From the NCBI GenBank assembly GCA_045643225.1, contig JAZUKJ010000119.1, positions 31,927-95,926 of the forward strand: a DNA stretch of 64,000 nucleotides, given 5' to 3'. The notes under the pieces were generated by a model. The model was given only the letters and a program-made list of their open reading frames with translations. It was not told the origin of the DNA and did not search any database. Each line of letters opens with the position of its first letter. Within the stretch, counting starts at the first letter, position 1. Below are positions 58,994 to 64,000 of the stretch, one piece after another. A program made the position numbers and the translations under genes. Source of the stretch: Treponema sp. (GTDB taxonomy: Bacteria > Spirochaetota > Spirochaetia > Treponematales > Treponemataceae).

Positions 58994-60217
58994 ATGATAG
59001 AGGTAAAAGGAAAATATAATTCGGCGTTGGTCTTTACCGACAACCTTGAGGAGAGCGGACGGATTCAAATTGAGACACTGTGCAACCAAAGCTACACCAG
59101 CGGTTCAAAAATCCGGATGATGCCTGATGTACATGCCGGTGCGGGTTGCACAATTGGAACGACAATGACAATCTCGGATAAAATCTGTCCGAACCTTGTT
59201 GGTGTTGACATCGGGTGTGGAATGGAGACTCTCGTGATTAAGGCGGATTCACCTGTAAGCGAGCAGTTTGATCCTGAAAAACTGGACAAGTGTATCCGCA
59301 GAAATATTCCGTGTGGCCGTCAGGTAAGGAGAAAGGAGCACAAGTATGTTGATGAAATAGATTTTGATTCCATAAGGTGCGCAAAAAAAAATATTTACAA
59401 TGCACGTAAATCCATGGGAACCTTGGGAGGGGGAAATCATTTTATTGAGGCGGACAGGGATGAGCACGGGAATCTTTATATCGTCGTCCACTCCGGTAGC
59501 CGACATCTTGGACTTGAGGTTGCAGATTATTATCAGGACATGGCCTGGAAACAAATCAACCATTCAATGGAGTCTGAAATCAGAAAGGCTATCGACAGTT
59601 TAAAGGCGGAAGGCCGGGATGGGGATATTGAGGCGATGTTGCCGGAAATAAGAAACCGGTTTGGCGTTGATATTCCGGAAAGCCTTGCCTATGTTGAGGG
59701 TCAACTTTTTGAGGATTACATTAATGACATGAACATCCTTCAAAAATTTGCGCGCTATAACCGTATGGCAATGATTGACACTATCTGCGTTGGTCTCCGT
59801 CTTGATAAAAAAGATATTGTGGACCAGTTCACGACTATCCACAACTACATCGACACTGAGGCCATGATTTTAAGAAAGGGAAGCGTCAGGGCGCTGAAGG
59901 GTGAAAAACTTTTGATTCCAATAAACATGAGGGATGGAAGCCTTGTATGTATTGGAAAAGGAAACGAGGATTGGAATTATTCAGCTCCCCATGGTGCAGG
60001 AAGAATCATGGGACGGAAGGAAGCCCGCAGACAATTGAATCTCGATGACTTCAGGAAATCCATGGAGGGTATCTGGTCGTCAACGGTCTGCCAGGACACG
60101 CTTGATGAGGCTCCCATGGCATACAAGGGTATGGACGAGATTGTCTCAAATATCCAGCCAACCGCCGACGTTGTGGATATCATAAAACCTATCTACAATT
60201 TCAAGGCGGCGGAGTAG
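58994..60217 (+). CDS. rtcB: RtcB family RNA ligase
   Basis: MPDVHAGAGCTIG, VGVDIGCG, GTLGGGNHFIE, HSGSR, HNY, RKG, IPINMRDG, SAPHGAGR, DEAP.AYK; GGAGA SD before ATG 58994. Confidence 0.95.
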   Translation: MIEVKGKYNSALVFTDNLEESGRIQIETLCNQSYTSGSKIRMMPDVHAGAGCTIGTTMTISDKICPNLVGVDIGCGMETLVIKADSPVSEQFDPEKLDKCIRRNIPCGRQVRRKEHKYVDEIDFDSIRCAKKNIYNARKSMGTLGGGNHFIEADRDEHGNLYIVVHSGSRHLGLEVADYYQDMAWKQINHSMESEIRKAIDSLKAEGRDGDIEAMLPEIRNRFGVDIPESLAYVEGQLFEDYINDMNILQKFARYNRMAMIDTICVGLRLDKKDIVDQFTTIHNYIDTEAMILRKGSVRALKGEKLLIPINMRDGSLVCIGKGNEDWNYSAPHGAGRIMGRKEARRQLNLDDFRKSMEGIWSSTVCQDTLDEAPMAYKGMDEIVSNIQPTADVVDIIKPIYNFKAAE

Positions 60218-60228
60218 TTGGATTAAAA

Positions 60229-60265
60229 ACGCAAAGCATTTAACACTTTTGCTAATGCTTTGCGT
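60229..60265. terminator. Bidirectional terminator-like hairpin between convergent genes
   Basis: Perfect 12-bp inverted repeat ACGCAAAGCATT / AATGCTTTGCGT. Confidence 0.7.
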
Positions 60266-60273
60266 AATCTATG

Positions 60274-60306
60274 GGGCATCTATAAAAATTACTTTTTAGG
60301 GATGCC
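60274..60306. repeat. Palindromic intergenic repeat, copy F
   Basis: GGGCATCTATAAAAATTACTTTTTAGGGATGCC. Confidence 0.8.
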
Positions 60307-60309
60307 ATA

Positions 60310-61890
60310 CTATATTTCTCCCTGGAATATTGCAGGGGGATGTCCATTTTTGCTCTCAAACGGAAAAAGCTCAACCGATTTTTTTCCGTTGCTCCAGTTG
60401 ATACATAGGATTGTCCCCGCGGTTTCCTTTCCTGTCTCGGAGTAGAGTATGCCTAGATCGATTTTTCTTATGACGCCGTTTTCTTCCAGAAACGTATACG
60501 ATTTACAAGTTTCGCTGTTGCATCTTAGGACGGCAATGTCATATTTGTTTAGCAGGATATCTGCTGGAAAATCCGATGTGTCCTGACCATCGTAACAGGA
60601 AACCAGGATATTTATTGTTGGGGACTCTTCCTTTTTTATAAGTCCAGCGTATCCTGTTTCCTCACCGTAGTTGCATCCCTGGATAACAAGGTTTGTCCCG
60701 TGCTTTTTTTGAGAAAACTTTTCCCCCGGCTTTACATCAAAAATGCAGGCATCGAATCCGTTAAAAAATCTTGCCTCATTTCCGGCCATGTCTCCAAGAA
60801 TCAGGTCCTTCCTTTCTGAGCTGGTTTTGTACCTGTCCCATCTCCAGTAGGTCTGGATTCCCGTTCCCAGGTTTCCGCTTCCACCTATCAGGATTGTCTG
60901 ATTCTTTTTGTCTTTGTAGTTGACCGTATTTATCCGCTGCCTGCTTTTTCCGGCTTTGATATAAAAATCATCAACAATTTTTTTGTCCTCCTCAGCATAG
61001 AATGTCCAGTACTGATGGGAGGTGGAAACAATGTTTTCGTCCGGAATAAAATCAAAGGTGCTGGTCCTGTCAATCAAAACCGGGACGGTCTTGCCTCTGC
61101 ATCGTGCGAATGTTGTCGCCACCGTCAGGGATTCCGGTGAATCAACTTCGATCGGCTGAAGGTTTTCTCCGTTCTGGATTGTGTTCATTGAAACAATGTC
61201 ATGGAGTTCCGTCATCCTTGGAATCTGATAGTGGGAAAAATCGACTGATGCAATCACCAGTGCGTCCTCGTCAAGCAGTTCGTTCAGCACCTGTCCAAGT
61301 TTCTCATATATCTCGAAATCCTTTGCCTCTGAAAAAGATTTAAGAAGCACCGGAAGCAGCTTCGCCTCTGGAAAGTAATGCCTTATGAATGGTGTATGGA
61401 TATAGATTCCATGTTCCATTGGCCACGGTTCTGAGGTTTCGTCAATAAAATCCCTTACGCAGGATACGGTCAAGCCTTTTCTGGTTTCCTCATCAATTGT
61501 GAAAATCCCGTCAGGAGAGTCGAAACTGGTATTGCATGGAAGCGAAATCAGGTTTGAGCCTTTTTCATAATGGTCCGGCGCTATGATGACTACAGTTGAT
61601 GGGTTTCCCAATTTTGAAAGGGCCCGGTAGAAACTGTTCTGGTTTGGACTTGTGATGTCATGGTGTGGGATGATTATGGTGGATGGCATCCTCTGTGGAA
61701 GCACGTATGGTTCCGAAAGTTTGAATATATGTTTCCACATCGCCATATCGCCGGGATACAGGTAGCTTACGGAAGAAATCTTTTCTGCGTTGTTGGTGCC
61801 CAGGGTTTTGCATCCCTGTACGGCTGTAAAGAGAAAAAAAACTGCAGCAAAGAAAAGCTTTGCCACAGTTTTCGATTTATTCAAAATCAT
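60310..61890 (-). CDS. MEMO1/AmmeMemoRadiSam-B family lipoprotein with an extra C-terminal domain
   Basis: Lipobox VQG-C; IIIPHH, IIAPDHY, EHGI, ASVDFSHY motifs; ~200-aa C-terminal extension. Confidence 0.78.
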   Translation of the reverse strand: MILNKSKTVAKLFFAAVFFLFTAVQGCKTLGTNNAEKISSVSYLYPGDMAMWKHIFKLSEPYVLPQRMPSTIIIPHHDITSPNQNSFYRALSKLGNPSTVVIIAPDHYEKGSNLISLPCNTSFDSPDGIFTIDEETRKGLTVSCVRDFIDETSEPWPMEHGIYIHTPFIRHYFPEAKLLPVLLKSFSEAKDFEIYEKLGQVLNELLDEDALVIASVDFSHYQIPRMTELHDIVSMNTIQNGENLQPIEVDSPESLTVATTFARCRGKTVPVLIDRTSTFDFIPDENIVSTSHQYWTFYAEEDKKIVDDFYIKAGKSRQRINTVNYKDKKNQTILIGGSGNLGTGIQTYWRWDRYKTSSERKDLILGDMAGNEARFFNGFDACIFDVKPGEKFSQKKHGTNLVIQGCNYGEETGYAGLIKKEESPTINILVSCYDGQDTSDFPADILLNKYDIAVLRCNSETCKSYTFLEENGVIRKIDLGILYSETGKETAGTILCINWSNGKKSVELFPFESKNGHPPAIFQGEI

Positions 61891-62894
61891 TTGTAAAGTC
61901 TACCGCCCCATTCAACAACGGCAAAACCTTTCCTTTCCCCGGCGACAAGTTCCTGAGGCTCCACTTCAATGGCTTCGTCAAGAACCTTGTGGTCAAAGTA
62001 TACTCTGATTACGGAATCAGGTTTTGGAGAAACTGTTAAAGGAGCCTGTTCATCGATTTTCTTCTTATCGTAGAAAGTGACAAAAACAAATGGCTTTCCT
62101 TCCTTCTCGATTGATGGAATCCAGAATTCCTTAAAATCTGCAATCTCTTTTTCATTCAGTCCCAGCGCTGCAAGTTTTTCATTGAAGAAGGAATCCAGTT
62201 CCTCCACCGGTGTCACAAATCCCTTTGACATATCGATTGCAGGATTGTTGTCCTTGCTTTCCCAGAAAAGGTAAGGATATTCCTTCTTTGTCTTTGGATC
62301 TGTAATGACTCCCTCCGGAGTGGCCTTTACGTTCCAGCCTTTTCCCATTTCAGGAATGGAAACGGTCAATCCGCCTTCAGGTTTTACGGCCACCTTGATG
62401 TTCTGTGTCTTTTTTGGATACAAATAAATTACAGGCTTTCCCATTTCGGCGGCGCCACCCTGGTGCACAAAGAGACAGGTGGTGTAGGTCTTGTAAGTTC
62501 CGTCAGCAAATTTTGCAATGACCCTATAGTAATTTGAACCCCAGTAAAGATTCTCCAGTGTTCCGTTTACGTTGAAATAGAAACTTGTGTCCCCCCTTTT
62601 ATATTTTGAAAGGGTCCAGTCTTCAATCCTTTCACCTGAAAACGAACCGTTGTTGAGGAGGTACTGGTTTATAAGTTCCTGGCTTCCGTTTGCCCAGATA
62701 ACCCTTATGGAAACACAGTCGCTTGAAACGGAACCTCTGAACTGTATATGTTCGCTCATGTTTGGCTTGTCGTTGTTGTAGATGTAGTATGTGTCTCCGT
62801 CATCCCAGTTGGTTATTCTTACATAGGAATTCTTTCCTGCAAAAGCACAGGTGATTGCGAATAAACTTGCAATCAAAGTTAAAATTTTTTTCAT
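61887..62894 (-). CDS. Exported protein with a 'KPVIYLYP...VEWGG' domain of unknown function
   Basis: Signal peptide ending AFA; GKPVIYLYP, YPYLFWE, GLNEKEIADFKEFW, PDSVIRV, GFAVVEWGG. Confidence 0.75.
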   Translation of the reverse strand: MKKILTLIASLFAITCAFAGKNSYVRITNWDDGDTYYIYNNDKPNMSEHIQFRGSVSSDCVSIRVIWANGSQELINQYLLNNGSFSGERIEDWTLSKYKRGDTSFYFNVNGTLENLYWGSNYYRVIAKFADGTYKTYTTCLFVHQGGAAEMGKPVIYLYPKKTQNIKVAVKPEGGLTVSIPEMGKGWNVKATPEGVITDPKTKKEYPYLFWESKDNNPAIDMSKGFVTPVEELDSFFNEKLAALGLNEKEIADFKEFWIPSIEKEGKPFVFVTFYDKKKIDEQAPLTVSPKPDSVIRVYFDHKVLDEAIEVEPQELVAGERKGFAVVEWGGRLYK

Positions 62895-62925
62895 GTTGGT
62901 CTCTCCTTTAAGATTAAAAAATATA

Positions 62926-62959
62926 GGGCATCTCTAAAAATACTTCTTTAGAGGTTCCC
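62926..62959. repeat. Palindromic intergenic repeat, copy G (TA on both flanks)
   Basis: ta-GGGCATCTCTAAAAATACTTCTTTAGAGGTTCCC-ta. Confidence 0.85.
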
Positions 62960-63064
62960 TATGGATAAAAAATATCGGTTCTAGAAACCGCTTCTTTGAA
63001 TTTATTCAATATGTGTATTCATGTCAATCGTAATGGACGGAGGGGGGGCTGCCTTCAGAAAAAC

Positions 63065-63093
63065 TTGAGTTTTTATTCCAACGGTTATATAAT
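63065..63093 (+). promoter_or_regulatory. sigma70 promoter of the rubrerythrin gene
   Basis: TTGAGT, 17 nt, TATAAT. Confidence 0.7.
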
Positions 63094-63196
63094 AAAGGCC
63101 GTATCCAAGAAATACATTGAAAATGCGATGTTTTAAGCCGTGAAATCGCAAGGCCTAAAGCTCGGTAGAATATTTTAATAGAAGAGGAATGAAAAT

Positions 63197-63736
63197 ATGA
63201 GTAAGTATTCAGGAACTCAGACAGAAAAAAATCTTCAGGCTGCATTTGCAGGTGAAAGTCAGGCTAGGAACAAGTACACATACTTCGCTTCTGTTGCAAA
63301 GAAGGAAGGCTATGAACAGATTGCGGAAATTTTTCTTCACACCGCGGATAATGAAAAGGAACACGCCAAGCTATGGTTCAAGGAACTTGAAGGGATAGGC
63401 GATACAAAAAGCAACCTGGCAGCCGCAGCCGATGGTGAAAATTTTGAATGGACCGACATGTACGAAGGGTTTGCAAAGACAGCCGAAGAGGAAGGGTTCA
63501 AGGCATTGGCCGCAAAATTCCGTGCCGTGGCTGCAATCGAAAAGCGCCATGAAGAACGCTACCGCAAGCTGCTTGAGAATATTGAAACCGCCCAGGTTTT
63601 TGAAAAGTCTTCCGTAAAAGTTTGGGAATGCCGCAACTGTGGACATATTGTGGTTGGAACGAAAGCTCCTGAGGCCTGTCCTGTTTGCGCCCATCCAAAA
63701 TCCTTCTTCCAGGTCACGGATGTAAGTTTCGAGTAA
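63197..63736 (+). CDS. rbr: Rubrerythrin
   Basis: [32 protein letters not shown]; C-terminal WECRNCG...CPVCAHP. Confidence 0.96.
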   Translation: MSKYSGTQTEKNLQAAFAGESQARNKYTYFASVAKKEGYEQIAEIFLHTADNEKEHAKLWFKELEGIGDTKSNLAAAADGENFEWTDMYEGFAKTAEEEGFKALAAKFRAVAAIEKRHEERYRKLLENIETAQVFEKSSVKVWECRNCGHIVVGTKAPEACPVCAHPKSFFQVTDVSFE

Positions 63737-63745
63737 AAATAAAAA

Positions 63746-63774
63746 GCCCGCATAATTCTTTTTTTTATGTGGGC
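63746..63774. terminator. Hairpin after rbr
   Basis: GCCCGCATAA-ttctttttt-TTATGTGGGC. Confidence 0.55.
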
Positions 63775-63902
63775 GTTCCCTACGCAAGCTTCGCTTGCTA
63801 CGGTCGGGCTTTCCGTACTTCCGTTCGCAGGCTCACTCCATTCTGTGCAGGTTTCGCATGGCTCAATCTGCGCAGAACTAAAGGTACTCCAATCCCTAAC
63901 GC
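63771..63902. other. GC-rich nested-hairpin non-coding element
   Basis: GGGCGTT...AACGC ends; GCAAGC/CTTGC hairpin; TTCTGTGCAG / CTGCGCAGAA stem. Confidence 0.55.
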
Positions 63903-63961
63903 AAGGCATCCCTAATTTAAAATCCCCCTCCTGATTGATTTTTTTTTCCGTCACTTATAAA

Positions 63962-63995
63962 GGGCATCCCTAAAAAATACTTTTCAGAGGTTCCC
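63962..63995. repeat. Palindromic intergenic repeat, copy H
   Basis: GGGCATCCCTAAAAAATACTTTTCAGAGGTTCCC. Confidence 0.8.
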
Positions 63996-64000
63996 TAAAA

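Noticed and set aside
57539-63995. Integron cassette array or CRISPR array
   Set aside because: Repeats lack attC core ends, no intI is present, and spacing is irregular at kb scale rather than 30-40-nt spacers; no cas genes

Overview
64 kb of a Treponema-like spirochaete chromosome. The genus is inferred from gene order (infC-rpmI-rplT-zapB-zapA; FliK-like/FlhB-C/YraN), spirochaetal lipoboxes and an LptD-like gene. Most of the window is housekeeping: tRNA-Leu(TAA), a Zn/Mn ABC transporter, mutS2, tatD, topo IV parE/parC, a GH2 beta-galactosidase, uvrA, lptD-like, rtcB and rubrerythrin. The centre (13.8-41.5 kb) is a cell-surface block. It holds a GAF/HD-GYP c-di-GMP phosphodiesterase divergent from a GT8-acyltransferase-acyltransferase-GT8 operon, then two tandem, collinear ~3,600-aa lipoproteins. 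Each has an Ig-like stalk, an EF-hand-like loop, a propeller-like head and the same C-terminal ETAQLK. The right end (57.5-64 kb) is a mosaic of small accessory modules: an orphan lipoprotein, small ORF-XRE-RtcB, and an exported KPVIYLYP protein plus a MEMO1-fusion lipoprotein. A ~35-bp palindromic repeat separates these modules and occurs as 7 full copies in the window. No CRISPR array, integrase, transposase or reverse transcriptase was seen. All family assignments come from motif recognition by eye; no database searches were run.
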